64,000 bases of DNA, from sequence record OP172785; one strand, written 5' to 3'. Of the stretch, positions 29,167 through 38,036 are shown piece after piece. The translations under genes were made by a program, and so were the position numbers. The notes beneath the pieces are model-generated. The model was given only the letters and a program-made list of their open reading frames with translations, searched no databases and was not told the origin of the DNA. The first letter of the stretch is position 1. The number at the start of each line of letters is the position of its first letter. The stretch is from Escherichia phage ECO07P2.

Positions 29167-29367
29167 ATGGTACAAAAATTAATGGCACTTGTTAATGCCA
29201 TAAAAGGTAATAAAAAACGTATAGCTTTTACTATTTCTGCTATGGTAGGAATTTTACTTTGGAATTTTGTTTTATCGCCAATTGCTATTGCTCATGGCGT
29301 TAATATTCCAGTAATTACTCTTGATACATTCGTAGATTTAGCATTTGCTTTAGTTGGGTTAATTTAA
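29167..29367 (+). CDS. small hydrophobic protein on opposite strand (66 aa)
   Basis: Strong SD AAGGAGG 7 nt before ATG; two predicted TM segments; lies in 56-61 gap. Confidence 0.5.
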   Translation: MVQKLMALVNAIKGNKKRIAFTISAMVGILLWNFVLSPIAIAHGVNIPVITLDTFVDLAFALVGLI

Positions 29368-30392
29368 ATCTTAGCATATTTAGATAGCCGCATTTTAGCC
29401 ATCAACCCCTGCGCAATATTATTTTTCATATATTCCATAATTTGTTCAGGGGTTGCACCTTCCTTTCTAATCATATCATTAACATCTTTTGATTTCCAGG
29501 GAGATTTGTCCCAAAACATAACCCTTTCTCCTGCATCAACCAATTTAGTCATTCGTTTAATAGTGTCAGGATGACGAGGTTCATTATCTAAAACCCATAC
29601 ACGTCTATCTTTAAATGGAACAATTTCTAGGTCTAATTGACCACCTGTAATAGCTATACCATTTTCAATAAAAAGTGAATCTATAGGTCCTTCTAGAACA
29701 TATACATCACCATCTTTGACCCGTTCAACGCCATAGATTTTTGTTGCCTCAGGATAAGCTTTGATGGTGATATATTTTTGGGGAGCATCTTTCTTTAACG
29801 CACGTCCTTGAAAAGACTCAGCTTTTCCATTAGCATTATAAATTGGAATAACAAGACGAGGCTCAGGTATTTCCTTTTTGTATGTTCCTGGTGCTATACT
29901 ATTAACTAATTTAGGCCATTCGGTTGTAAACCAAAGATATTTCCATTTGTCCTTTGGAATACAACGAGCTTTTACGTATTTTATAATTGGATGGTCTTCC
30001 GCCAGTTTATCTAATCTAACACATGACGGAAGAGATTTAATTATTTTCTTCTCAGGTTGTTTAGGAAGTTCTTTAGGTTTTTCTACTGGACGACTTTTAC
30101 CTTTTTCTTTTCTTATTTCAAAGATATACTCACGATATAAATCGGGTTCAAACTCCTTTAAATATATTCCGATTGGTGCATGATAGTTACAGTTATAACA
30201 ATGAATATTTCCTTCATTATTATCGCCATAATACCATCCACGAGCTTTATTTTGGTCGGTTTTTGAATCTCCACAAACAGGGCATCTAAACCGCAATTTA
30301 AAAGTTGAACTATTATTTACTTGTGTAAATTTAGGTAAATGAGCTAATGCACGATATGCAAACTCATTATCAATCCAAGGTATTGATGACAT
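29364..30392 (-). CDS. 61: DNA primase gp61
   Basis: 342-aa ORF; zinc ribbon CPVCGD...CYNC and TOPRIM-like region; N-terminus MSSIPWIDNEFAYRALAHLPKF. Confidence 0.93.
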   Translation of the reverse strand: MSSIPWIDNEFAYRALAHLPKFTQVNNSSTFKLRFRCPVCGDSKTDQNKARGWYYGDNNEGNIHCYNCNYHAPIGIYLKEFEPDLYREYIFEIRKEKGKSRPVEKPKELPKQPEKKIIKSLPSCVRLDKLAEDHPIIKYVKARCIPKDKWKYLWFTTEWPKLVNSIAPGTYKKEIPEPRLVIPIYNANGKAESFQGRALKKDAPQKYITIKAYPEATKIYGVERVKDGDVYVLEGPIDSLFIENGIAITGGQLDLEIVPFKDRRVWVLDNEPRHPDTIKRMTKLVDAGERVMFWDKSPWKSKDVNDMIRKEGATPEQIMEYMKNNIAQGLMAKMRLSKYAKI

Positions 30393-30394
30393 TT

Positions 30395-30559
30395 TTACTC
30401 TTCTTTTTCTTTAGATTCCTCTTTTTTCTTTTTAGGAATCTGTTCAGGGCCTTTATTTACTACAGCGCCTGACGTTGTTCCAGTAGAGATATTTTCAGGA
30501 TTACTACCCGAATCTCCAGCTACCATATCTTCTTTGATAAATTCTTTATATGTTTTCAT
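30395..30559 (-). CDS. small acidic/basic protein (~54 aa)
   Basis: Below track threshold; MKTYKEFIKEDMVAGDSGSNPENISTGTTSGAVVNKGPEQIPKKKKEESKEKEE. Confidence 0.4.
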   Translation of the reverse strand: MKTYKEFIKEDMVAGDSGSNPENISTGTTSGAVVNKGPEQIPKKKKEESKEKEE

Positions 30560-30560
30560 A

Positions 30561-30610
30561 TTAACCTCTATTCATAAAAGCATTAAAAATTTGGTCATCA
30601 ATCGATGGAA
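30561..30610 (-). repeat. direct repeat copy 1 (gene 3' end)
   Basis: ttaacctctattcataaaagcattaaaaatttggtcatcaatcgatgg vs copy at 30919-30965. Confidence 0.7.
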
Positions 30611-30917
30611 CAGCAACCTTTTCTACATCATTTAGCAAATCATTAATTTCATCAGATAGCATAACACATGTACCTTTATTTCCTGTAATTGTTACTGCAC
30701 AATTACGAACGTTTTCTTTATCAAATTTTAGGTTAATATTTTCGTAGTGAAAATCCTTTAATGCCGAATATATCTTTAAAATGAAATTGTCTTTTACTAC
30801 AATAAACCCAACCTCACTATTAAAACGCGGTTCATGGAAACTGTAATAAACCTTTTCATCTATAAAATCGTATGAAATTTTTTCCATTTTTAAATATGAA
30901 AATTCAGAACTATACAT
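30561..30917 (-). CDS. hypothetical protein (118 aa), shares C-terminal tail with next gene
   Basis: Ends SIDDQIFNAFMNRG; 3' ~45 bp nearly identical to 3' end of 30919-31551. Confidence 0.55.
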   Translation of the reverse strand: MYSSEFSYLKMEKISYDFIDEKVYYSFHEPRFNSEVGFIVVKDNFILKIYSALKDFHYENINLKFDKENVRNCAVTITGNKGTCVMLSDEINDLLNDVEKVAVPSIDDQIFNAFMNRG

Positions 30918-30918
30918 A

Positions 30919-30965
30919 TTAACCTTTATTCATAAAAGCATTAAAAATTTGATCGTCAATAGAAA
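30919..30965 (-). repeat. direct repeat copy 2 (gene 3' end)
   Basis: ttaacctttattcataaaagcattaaaaatttgatcgtcaatagaaac. Confidence 0.7.
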
Positions 30966-31551
30966 CTTTTACTTTAGGCTGTTCTTCAAACGGTAATTCA
31001 TATCCACATATTACAATTTTGTGATCGATACCAAAATACACAGAAGCAATATTATTAATATTATTTTCAGTGAAATCTAAATCAACATCAATATCTTTTT
31101 GACTAACGCTCAAAGGATAATTAATACGAATAATTCGATTATCTTTAACAAAGATTCCACCGACATACTCTGTGCTGCGTTTAAAGTTTACACGTTTCCT
31201 AAATGAAAAATATTCAGGTTCTTTATGGGCTCGACTCATAGGGCTTAAAGTGTATTCCGAATATGAAATATCAAATCCTACACCTTCAATATGAGCCAAA
31301 GTATCATGATTAAACCAATTATAATCGTATGCCAAATCCATTAAATTGTAATATGTGAAAGGCACCGGATTAACATCATATGTTGTACCTTTAAAATCTG
31401 CCCAGGCAACGATTTCGTTATCTTTAACAATTACAAAAATTGTGCCAATAAGATATCCACGGTTATTTTCATTAGGTGTTATATTATAACATTGTGCATC
31501 AGGAAATTTACCGTATTTAAACGGTGGATTTTTGTGCATATAATAAATCAT
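30919..31551 (-). CDS. hypothetical protein (210 aa; 61.2 position)
   Basis: Track ORF ending SIDDQIFNAFMNKG. Confidence 0.6.
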   Translation of the reverse strand: MIYYMHKNPPFKYGKFPDAQCYNITPNENNRGYLIGTIFVIVKDNEIVAWADFKGTTYDVNPVPFTYYNLMDLAYDYNWFNHDTLAHIEGVGFDISYSEYTLSPMSRAHKEPEYFSFRKRVNFKRSTEYVGGIFVKDNRIIRINYPLSVSQKDIDVDLDFTENNINNIASVYFGIDHKIVICGYELPFEEQPKVKVSIDDQIFNAFMNKG

Positions 31552-31552
31552 A

Positions 31553-31846
31553 TTATTCGCCTGTGATTTCGGTTACGATATTTTTATTATTAAAGTTTTT
31601 ATCGCAATACAGAACATAATTATACTGCATTACACCACCAGACTTAAGTTGTTTTTGCACTTCAGCTTTCATTTCAGGACGATCACGCTCAACGATATTC
31701 ATAATATCGGCTTCAATCTGAGTTTCAACCTCAGTCTGATCTGCAGTCATAGACCACTCACACAAATCTTTGTCATAACCCGCCATAGCAGGCTGAGCAG
31801 CGCAAGAAGATAAAGCAAAAATTGCAGCAAAGATAAATTTTTTCAT
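31553..31846 (-). CDS. sp: Spackle (Sp) periplasmic protein
   Basis: 97-aa ORF with signal peptide MKKFIFAAIFALSSCAAQPAMA; size and sequence as I recall T4 Sp. Confidence 0.7.
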   Translation of the reverse strand: MKKFIFAAIFALSSCAAQPAMAGYDKDLCEWSMTADQTEVETQIEADIMNIVERDRPEMKAEVQKQLKSGGVMQYNYVLYCDKNFNNKNIVTEITGE

Positions 31847-31949
31847 GATAATCTCCTCAGTAGTTTATGTTTATAGTATCTCAATTTTCAACAAAAGTAA
31901 ACACTAGTAGAAGCAAACAGACAAATTACAATAATTGGTGATTTCAGTT

Positions 31950-32141
31950 TCATTCTTCTCCTCCATGTTGATGAACATATTCTTTTTCAAGTCTAGAGCA
32001 CAAGTTTTCATATTCAACTAATAAAAATGAATCAAGTGCGTTATTTCTATGCTGACACCGTTCTTGTAAAGAATCCATCTCTGAACGTTGTTCTTGTGTT
32101 AATAATTGATAACCTGATACTTTAGACATTTTATTCTCCAT
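31950..32141 (-). CDS. hypothetical protein (63 aa)
   Basis: Track ORF. Confidence 0.45.
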   Translation of the reverse strand: MENKMSKVSGYQLLTQEQRSEMDSLQERCQHRNNALDSFLLVEYENLCSRLEKEYVHQHGGEE

Positions 32142-32193
32142 TTACTCGTTTGTTTTGATAGGTCTATAATAACATGTTTAAAACAAAAGTAAA

Positions 32194-32448
32194 CTATTTT
32201 ATTTCCTCAAGTTCGTTAATCAATAAAAGTTCTCTGACGCTAAAAACAAAGAAAAATGTGTTCCCATCAACCAGAGCATGACCGCTAATAGAACACCCTC
32301 TGCGGAATTTAGAAACTTCACAATCTAGAACTGTAAAGGGTTTTAATCCTATGACTTTAACTGTGCGTCTATTCAGTTCACAACCACTCGCGAATTTTTC
32401 CAAATCTTCTTCTGATTTAAACTGATATTCTCTATTAACTAGCATCAT
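32194..32448 (-). CDS. hypothetical protein (84 aa)
   Basis: Track ORF downstream of promoter 32478-32509. Confidence 0.5.
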   Translation of the reverse strand: MMLVNREYQFKSEEDLEKFASGCELNRRTVKVIGLKPFTVLDCEVSKFRRGCSISGHALVDGNTFFFVFSVRELLLINELEEIK

Positions 32449-32477
32449 TTTCTTTTCTCCGCGATTAGCTGATAGAA

Positions 32478-32509
32478 TTACTATAACACAACTCTATCAG
32501 CTTGTAAAC
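32478..32509 (-). promoter_or_regulatory. early promoter GTTTAC-18-TATAGT
   Basis: Minus strand GTTTACAAGCTGATAGAGTTGTGTTATAGTAAT. Confidence 0.5.
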
Positions 32510-32511
32510 TA

Positions 32512-32811
32512 CTATTTTAAAACTTCTGTATAATCACATGTTACAAACTGTTTCTCTAACTTGACGATTTTACGAAAGTATCTTTTGCATTGGCGAATCT
32601 GCCGCTTTGTAGGGCGCACAGCAAACTTAATAAATTCCACTCGACCAAATGGAGGGCTTTCTTCTGCTGGAATATCTAATACCAATTCCCACGTATCTGC
32701 GATAAGTGCTTTGAATTGAGTATTTTTCCTTACGTTATACGGAGTAGGTTTAAATAAAACAATATGCATATTATCCTCGGCAATCCACTTCGCATACTTT
32801 CTTGTCATCAA
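32512..32811 (-). CDS. hypothetical protein (61.4 position, ~98 aa)
   Basis: Track ORF; likely ATG one codon inside TTG start; overlaps dmd 3' end. Confidence 0.5.
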   Translation of the reverse strand: MMTRKYAKWIAEDNMHIVLFKPTPYNVRKNTQFKALIADTWELVLDIPAEESPPFGRVEFIKFAVRPTKRQIRQCKRYFRKIVKLEKQFVTCDYTEVLK

Positions 32812-32953
32812 TGAAAGCTTTAACTAGCGCTTTATTAACTTCAGCATATTGAGTAGTAGCCCATTGAACGTCATCTTTCATCATTGTGATTTCTTTAGTA
32901 AACATGCTTTCATTCTTAAACCACCCCATAAAAACTACCTTTACCAATTCCAT
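32771..32953 (-). CDS. dmd: Dmd (discriminator of mRNA degradation; antitoxin against RnlA/LsoA)
   Basis: 60-aa ORF MELVKVVFMGWFKNESMFTKEITMMKDDVQWATTQYAEV; matches my recollection of T4 Dmd, directly downstream of gene 41. Confidence 0.7.
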   Translation of the reverse strand: MELVKVVFMGWFKNESMFTKEITMMKDDVQWATTQYAEVNKALVKAFIDDKKVCEVDCRG

Positions 32954-32978
32954 AAAAATCTCCTCATTTAACCGACAA

Positions 32979-33011
32979 GACTACTATACCATAGTCTTGT
33001 CGGCTTGTAAA
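32979..33011 (-). promoter_or_regulatory. early promoter with 12-bp perfect inverted repeat spanning -10
   Basis: Minus strand GTTTACAAGCCGACAAGACTATGGTATAGTAGTCTTGTCGG; arms CCGACAAGACTA / TAGTCTTGTCGG. Confidence 0.55.
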
Positions 33012-34439
33012 CTAAAATTTTAATTCATTTGCCAAAGCATCTAACTGAGCTCGAGCGGATTCGTTTCTTTGATAGCGATTCTGTTCAGCCTGAATCTGCT
33101 GTGAACCTGCTACTTCGTTCACTTCAGTTGGAGTAGAATCTTGTTCAATTTCTACCCATTTCTGATTTCCTTTTTGAACACCCATCAAAAACTTATTCCA
33201 TTTATTCTTATCACCGTATCGTGATTTGATTTGCTTAATGAGTTGTTGTTCAGCAGCTGCTAACTCCTCAGTTTCAATGACCGCAAGCATAAAATCGGCT
33301 GTTGCTGGAAGACCGGCAGATTCTGCAATATCGCTCATGTTAACATCAGAAGAATCCCAAGCTTGCTTACCAACCTGTGCTGCAGTCCAAAGAACAGTTT
33401 CGGTTTCAACAGCCAGAGCACGCAATTCTTCTGCGATGGCTTTAACAGTTGTGTAACTATTTTCTGAGTAAACTCTGATGCGGCAAGATTTACAAATACC
33501 TAGATAGTCGACAATAATGATTGTTGGAACAAAATTCTTCTTGAGCTTTAATTCATTTAAAAGCGACCGAAATGTATTAGCGTCTGCTCCACCAGTAGGA
33601 TACTGTTTAACGATTAAACGACCGAGAGTAGATTTCTCACGCCATTTTTCCATTTTTCCTTTATACTCAGCGTAAGAAATATGCCCATCATCAATGTCAT
33701 CAAGAGAAACATCAAGCATATTAGCGTCAATACGCTTAGCACAGACTTCTTCTGCCATTTCCATGGAAATGTAAAGAACATTATGTCCGAGCTGCAAATA
33801 ATCTGCTGCCAATGAACATAGACCTAATGACTTACCAACGTTAACACCAGCCATTAAAACGTTCAGTGTTCCAGTCTCAGCTCCGCCTTTAGTAATTTTA
33901 TTTAGAATTTTGAGTTTAAATGGAACCTTACGAGCTTTATTCATATAAGATAGCCAACGTGCTTCGTAGTCATCCATCCAATCATGGCCAACGTAGCTAT
34001 CAAATGAAATTGATAATGCTTGGCGCATGATGTCAGGAATAGCACCTACATCTGGCATTTTCTTATTTCGTTTTTCTGGAGGAAGCTCAGCATTAGTTTG
34101 AATTTCAATTATTTTAGATGTGGCGTTAAACATCGCCCTTTGCTGAACGTATTTTTCTGTTTCTTTTACTAACCAGCTATGGTCTTCTGGAGAATCGGTT
34201 AGTTTCGAAATAAGTGTTTTTACACCAGAATATTCTGTTTCAGTAAATGAACTATTTTCTAATGCAACATTTAACGCATTAATAGATGGAACGCTATGGT
34301 ACTCATTGACATGAGATTTAATTAATTTGAATGTATTTTTAGCTGGACCACTTTCAAAATATTCTGAATCCATATATGGCCAAACTTTTGAAAAATAAGC
34401 TTGATCAAATATGAGATGAGAAAGAATAATTTCTACCAC
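33012..34439 (-). CDS. 41: replicative DNA helicase gp41 (DnaB family)
   Basis: 475-aa ORF MVEIILSHLIFDQAYFSKVWPYMDSEYFESGPAKNTF; Walker A GVNVGKS. Confidence 0.95.
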   Translation of the reverse strand: MVEIILSHLIFDQAYFSKVWPYMDSEYFESGPAKNTFKLIKSHVNEYHSVPSINALNVALENSSFTETEYSGVKTLISKLTDSPEDHSWLVKETEKYVQQRAMFNATSKIIEIQTNAELPPEKRNKKMPDVGAIPDIMRQALSISFDSYVGHDWMDDYEARWLSYMNKARKVPFKLKILNKITKGGAETGTLNVLMAGVNVGKSLGLCSLAADYLQLGHNVLYISMEMAEEVCAKRIDANMLDVSLDDIDDGHISYAEYKGKMEKWREKSTLGRLIVKQYPTGGADANTFRSLLNELKLKKNFVPTIIIVDYLGICKSCRIRVYSENSYTTVKAIAEELRALAVETETVLWTAAQVGKQAWDSSDVNMSDIAESAGLPATADFMLAVIETEELAAAEQQLIKQIKSRYGDKNKWNKFLMGVQKGNQKWVEIEQDSTPTEVNEVAGSQQIQAEQNRYQRNESARAQLDALANELKF

Positions 34440-34448
34440 ACTTACTCC

Positions 34449-34811
34449 TTAAAAGAATTTAAATTTTTTCTTTGACCTTTTATTAAATGCATCTTGTAGT
34501 TGCATTGTAATACATTTTTCTACATGAGGAGCTAACTCAGCTTTTCTTTCTTGGTCAAGAATAGCAAAGTCCATTACGACTTTTCCATCAACCCAATCTA
34601 ATTTTGTCACATACACAATGTGTGTAGAACCGTCTTCTAGTTTAATGACAATCTCCTGGATAACATTTTCCATAGCAGATTTAATTATCTTAAGAGATTC
34701 ATTAAAAAGACGTTCTTTTCTTTCTTCTTCCCCCTCCGAAGAGGGGGATTCATCGATAATTTCTAGATCTAAATCTAAATCATCTTTATTCATTAAATTC
34801 TTCCATATCAC
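34449..34811 (-). CDS. 40: gp40 head vertex assembly protein (probable)
   Basis: Track ORF of 120 aa between uvsX and 41 as in T4; start may be internal. Confidence 0.55.
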   Translation of the reverse strand: MIWKNLMNKDDLDLDLEIIDESPSSEGEEERKERLFNESLKIIKSAMENVIQEIVIKLEDGSTHIVYVTKLDWVDGKVVMDFAILDQERKAELAPHVEKCITMQLQDAFNKRSKKKFKFF

Positions 34812-35967
34812 TTAACTGGTCTAGGTCAGTTTCTAAATCAGCTGCTGATTTACTTTTACTTTCTGGAGATTTAAATTTTTCAACCTTTGAGTTAATCAAT
34901 TCGTCAACTTCAGCTTCAACAATTTCATTACTATCAATAGCACCTAACTGATAAGCGCGTTTAATAGCATCTCGGAATGGTTGATGCTTAAATAAAGGAC
35001 CCCAGAATGTAGTACAGTTGGTATCTTTTGCACGCCAAGATTTTTCTTCGCGAATCATCTCGCCAGTTTCTTCATCAAGAAATTCACGAGCATACCAACC
35101 GTTTTTAGGTTTTACTACAAATCCTAATTCAAGAGCCATATCTAACAATCCAGAATAAGGATCGATGCCACCGTCAAATTTAACATCAATGAAGAATTTA
35201 CTTTTTTCTTTAACGGTACGAGATTTTTCTACATTTAGAACAAATTGATACCCCTGAAGATCAGAACCATCTTTAATCTGGCGCTTACCGATAATGAATA
35301 CAGTATCAGCCGAATACATTACGCCTGTACCACCTGTCATCACGGTTTTACTAAACATCTCAATTGTTTCAATTGTATGGTTAACCGCAACACATGGAAT
35401 GTTTTTAATACTAAAATAAGGAGTAACAATACGGAATAATGACTTCAGCGATTTAGCACGAGTCATATCTGCCACAGATTTTTCATTCAAGGCATCTTCC
35501 GTTTCTTTCTTAGAAGCCATATTACCGATTGAGTCGATGAATACAATAACTTTTTCACCGCGCTCAATAGCTTCAAGCTGATTCACCATATCAATTTTCA
35601 GTTGTTCAACTGACTGGATTGGTGTATGAATTACTCGTTCCGGGTCAACTCCCATAGATCGCAAATAAGCTGGAGTGATACCAAATTCGCTATCATAGAA
35701 TAAACAAACCGCATCAGGATATTTGTTCAAATACGCCGCAACCATAGTCAAAGACATATTTGATTTAAAGTGTTTAGAAGGACCTGCAAAAATAGTTAAA
35801 CCAGACTGCATACCACCGTCAATCGCACCTGAAATAGCGATATTAAGCATTGGGATTTTTGTACGGATTACATCCTTTTCATTAAAGAATTTAGATGTAG
35901 TCAGTTCAGCAGTCATTTTAGAAGTGGAAGCTTTAATCAAACGGGATTTTAAATCTGCAATAGACAT
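34786..35967 (-). CDS. uvsX: UvsX recombinase (RecA-like)
   Basis: 393-aa ORF; Walker A GPSKHFKS; C-terminal SAADLETDLDQLSDMEEFNE as in T4 UvsX. Confidence 0.95.
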   Translation of the reverse strand: MSIADLKSRLIKASTSKMTAELTTSKFFNEKDVIRTKIPMLNIAISGAIDGGMQSGLTIFAGPSKHFKSNMSLTMVAAYLNKYPDAVCLFYDSEFGITPAYLRSMGVDPERVIHTPIQSVEQLKIDMVNQLEAIERGEKVIVFIDSIGNMASKKETEDALNEKSVADMTRAKSLKSLFRIVTPYFSIKNIPCVAVNHTIETIEMFSKTVMTGGTGVMYSADTVFIIGKRQIKDGSDLQGYQFVLNVEKSRTVKEKSKFFIDVKFDGGIDPYSGLLDMALELGFVVKPKNGWYAREFLDEETGEMIREEKSWRAKDTNCTTFWGPLFKHQPFRDAIKRAYQLGAIDSNEIVEAEVDELINSKVEKFKSPESKSKSAADLETDLDQLSDMEEFNE

Positions 35968-36044
35968 TCATTTTTTCCATAGGCATCATTATATTTTCCT
36001 CACTGGTTAAAGATAGAGTAATTATAACACAATAAATTTAGGCA

Positions 36045-36893
36045 TTAATCAACTGCTATTGGATGAATAGCATTAAACTTATGAAATGCTTCTGACTTTT
36101 CTTTGCGCGAAACACACATGCGAAGAACCTTTAATGGCTCGTCTTCTTCACCCAACGATTTTCGTTTTTCAATATTAGAAGTTTTCCAACGAGCTTGCTC
36201 TGGAAACTCTCTATTGATTTGCTCAAGCGCTCTATTATGTTTAGAATTACTACGAATTGAACTGCACCCGCCAGGAGCTTGTGCTTTTCCAGATACAACC
36301 AGATATTTGAACAAGGCCAAATGCGGATAACCTTGATTAATTAAATTGAGAAATGCATACATATCTTCGCACAAATCAATTTTTCCATACCCAATTTGTT
36401 CTGTCGTAAGTTTTCCAAGGTCATACCATGTATTCGTGAATCCATATGAATTTTCACGATAATTACCCCAAGATGAAGTAATTTTAAAAATTGGTAGGCG
36501 AGCATGGCCGTGATAATACCCGCAATCCATGGCATCTTCCACGTATTGAATCAATTCATAGAACTGTTCACGAGTTAATTGATTAATTTTATCTACACAG
36601 CGACGATCATCTTTCTTTCGCATTGAACTCATACGAATAGTAGTATCATCATCAATCATCCAGATTCGTTGACCTGCATACATATCAGTAATTGCTTTAC
36701 GAGTACCAGCAATTCCATTAACATCATCAGGAATAGTTATAATTTTAGCTCTAGACCCGTAAGCGTCATAATAAGCTTTTTCTTCGTGTTCACGTACTAC
36801 AATATGAGGTTCATAATCAGTCGGAAACATATCAAGGGCAGAAACTGCCCCTACGCGTTGATAGCTTGGAATTACGAATTGAATCATTTCCAC
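36045..36893 (-). CDS. putative glycosyltransferase with DxD motif at the beta-gt locus
   Basis: 282-aa ORF with IWMIDDDTTIR; does not resemble T4 beta-gt N-terminus as I recall; sits between uvsX and gene 42. Confidence 0.6.
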   Translation of the reverse strand: MEMIQFVIPSYQRVGAVSALDMFPTDYEPHIVVREHEEKAYYDAYGSRAKIITIPDDVNGIAGTRKAITDMYAGQRIWMIDDDTTIRMSSMRKKDDRRCVDKINQLTREQFYELIQYVEDAMDCGYYHGHARLPIFKITSSWGNYRENSYGFTNTWYDLGKLTTEQIGYGKIDLCEDMYAFLNLINQGYPHLALFKYLVVSGKAQAPGGCSSIRSNSKHNRALEQINREFPEQARWKTSNIEKRKSLGEEDEPLKVLRMCVSRKEKSEAFHKFNAIHPIAVD

Positions 36894-37624
36894 TCACCGT
36901 TATAATCTTTTTTCGCAATATGAGTTTCGCCAGTTTTCCACCAATGGTCAACCAAATAAAAATGACGGGAATACACATGAAGGCTCCCGACATTCCATAT
37001 AATGGAACCTGCTTTATACTGACGAGTTGAATCACCTGCATTCAAATCAGATACTAATTTATCTAGTACGTATTTTTGCCATGCATAATCATTACGGAAT
37101 CCGAAGACCACGTCATTTGAACGCATGTTAACCACTGCATTGACTTTCTTATCACGAATCAGGTACTGCACTGTATTCGTACACATGAAATCTGACATGC
37201 CATCTTTATTGTAGTCAAACTGCATGGATGGACGAGTATAAATCATGATACCGCGGCGAGAATCAGGATTTTGACCAAGTTCAGCTAAACACATATCATA
37301 CTGGGCATAGTTATCTTCTGACCAGATGGCCCAACCATAATTCGAGTTAATTTCGCCTTTAGAAGATGCTACCTGCTGCCAAATCTTCGGCGTTTCACCT
37401 GGAATATCTTTAACAAACAGACTTTGAGACTTATACCATTCAAGTTCACGCTGAATGTATTCATCATTAAGAGCGCCAAAAATAAAAGGTTCATCTGCTA
37501 CAAATGATGCACCAATAATTTCAATAGTTTTAGCCCCGGTTTTATCAATTACGAAATCTTTTTCCTTTAATGCAAGACCCAAATCAAGACGGATTTCTTC
37601 AACTGTCATATAATCGTTAATCAT
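36884..37624 (-). CDS. 42: dCMP hydroxymethylase gp42
   Basis: 246-aa ORF MINDYMTVEEIRLDLGLALKEKDFVIDKTG; thymidylate-synthase-like fold motifs. Confidence 0.93.
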   Translation of the reverse strand: MINDYMTVEEIRLDLGLALKEKDFVIDKTGAKTIEIIGASFVADEPFIFGALNDEYIQRELEWYKSQSLFVKDIPGETPKIWQQVASSKGEINSNYGWAIWSEDNYAQYDMCLAELGQNPDSRRGIMIYTRPSMQFDYNKDGMSDFMCTNTVQYLIRDKKVNAVVNMRSNDVVFGFRNDYAWQKYVLDKLVSDLNAGDSTRQYKAGSIIWNVGSLHVYSRHFYLVDHWWKTGETHIAKKDYNGEWK

Positions 37625-37631
37625 TTAAACC

Positions 37632-37781
37632 TCAATTGATGCATTCATATTTAACTTGTAACAGTAATAAACTCCACCCTATAATAAGCGTTGGAATCAT
37701 ACAAGGAACTGCTACGCTATAGTATATACTTATTATAATCATCAAGATTAAAAGCAATACTGCTAAAATTTTGCTTTTCAT
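37632..37781 (-). CDS. small membrane protein (~49 aa)
   Basis: Below track threshold; ATG overlaps imm stop; MKSKILAVLLLILMIIISIYYSVAVPCMIPTLIIGWSLLLLQVKYECIN. Confidence 0.45.
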   Translation of the reverse strand: MKSKILAVLLLILMIIISIYYSVAVPCMIPTLIIGWSLLLLQVKYECIN

Positions 37782-38029
37782 TCCTTCTCTCTGATGATAA
37801 TTACTTGATTTTGCTGTACAGATTTTTTAGTTTCACCTGCAATTGACCAAATAAATGTAATAAACCAACCAATGATTGACCAGTTAAACAGTAAAGATGT
37901 GAAAAAGATTCCTACTGTCGATTTTGACCCACGCATCAAGGCGATGAACCATGGAAGCATGTATATAATAATAGCCAACACGCCTGAAACTAAAACCATA
38001 AAAATTGAACCTGCTACTAAAGTTTCCAT
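37778..38029 (-). CDS. imm: Imm superinfection immunity membrane protein
   Basis: 83-aa two-TM ORF METLVAGSIFMVLVSGVLAIIIYMLPWFIALMRGSKS; size matches T4 Imm. Confidence 0.8.
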   Translation of the reverse strand: METLVAGSIFMVLVSGVLAIIIYMLPWFIALMRGSKSTVGIFFTSLLFNWSIIGWFITFIWSIAGETKKSVQQNQVIIIREKE

Positions 38030-38036
38030 GTTTTCC

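Noticed and set aside
28577-29188. 203-aa extended version of gene 56
   Set aside because: N-terminal 31 residues are hydrophobic read-through of the upstream region; the dCTPase starts at MAYFNEC with its own SD.
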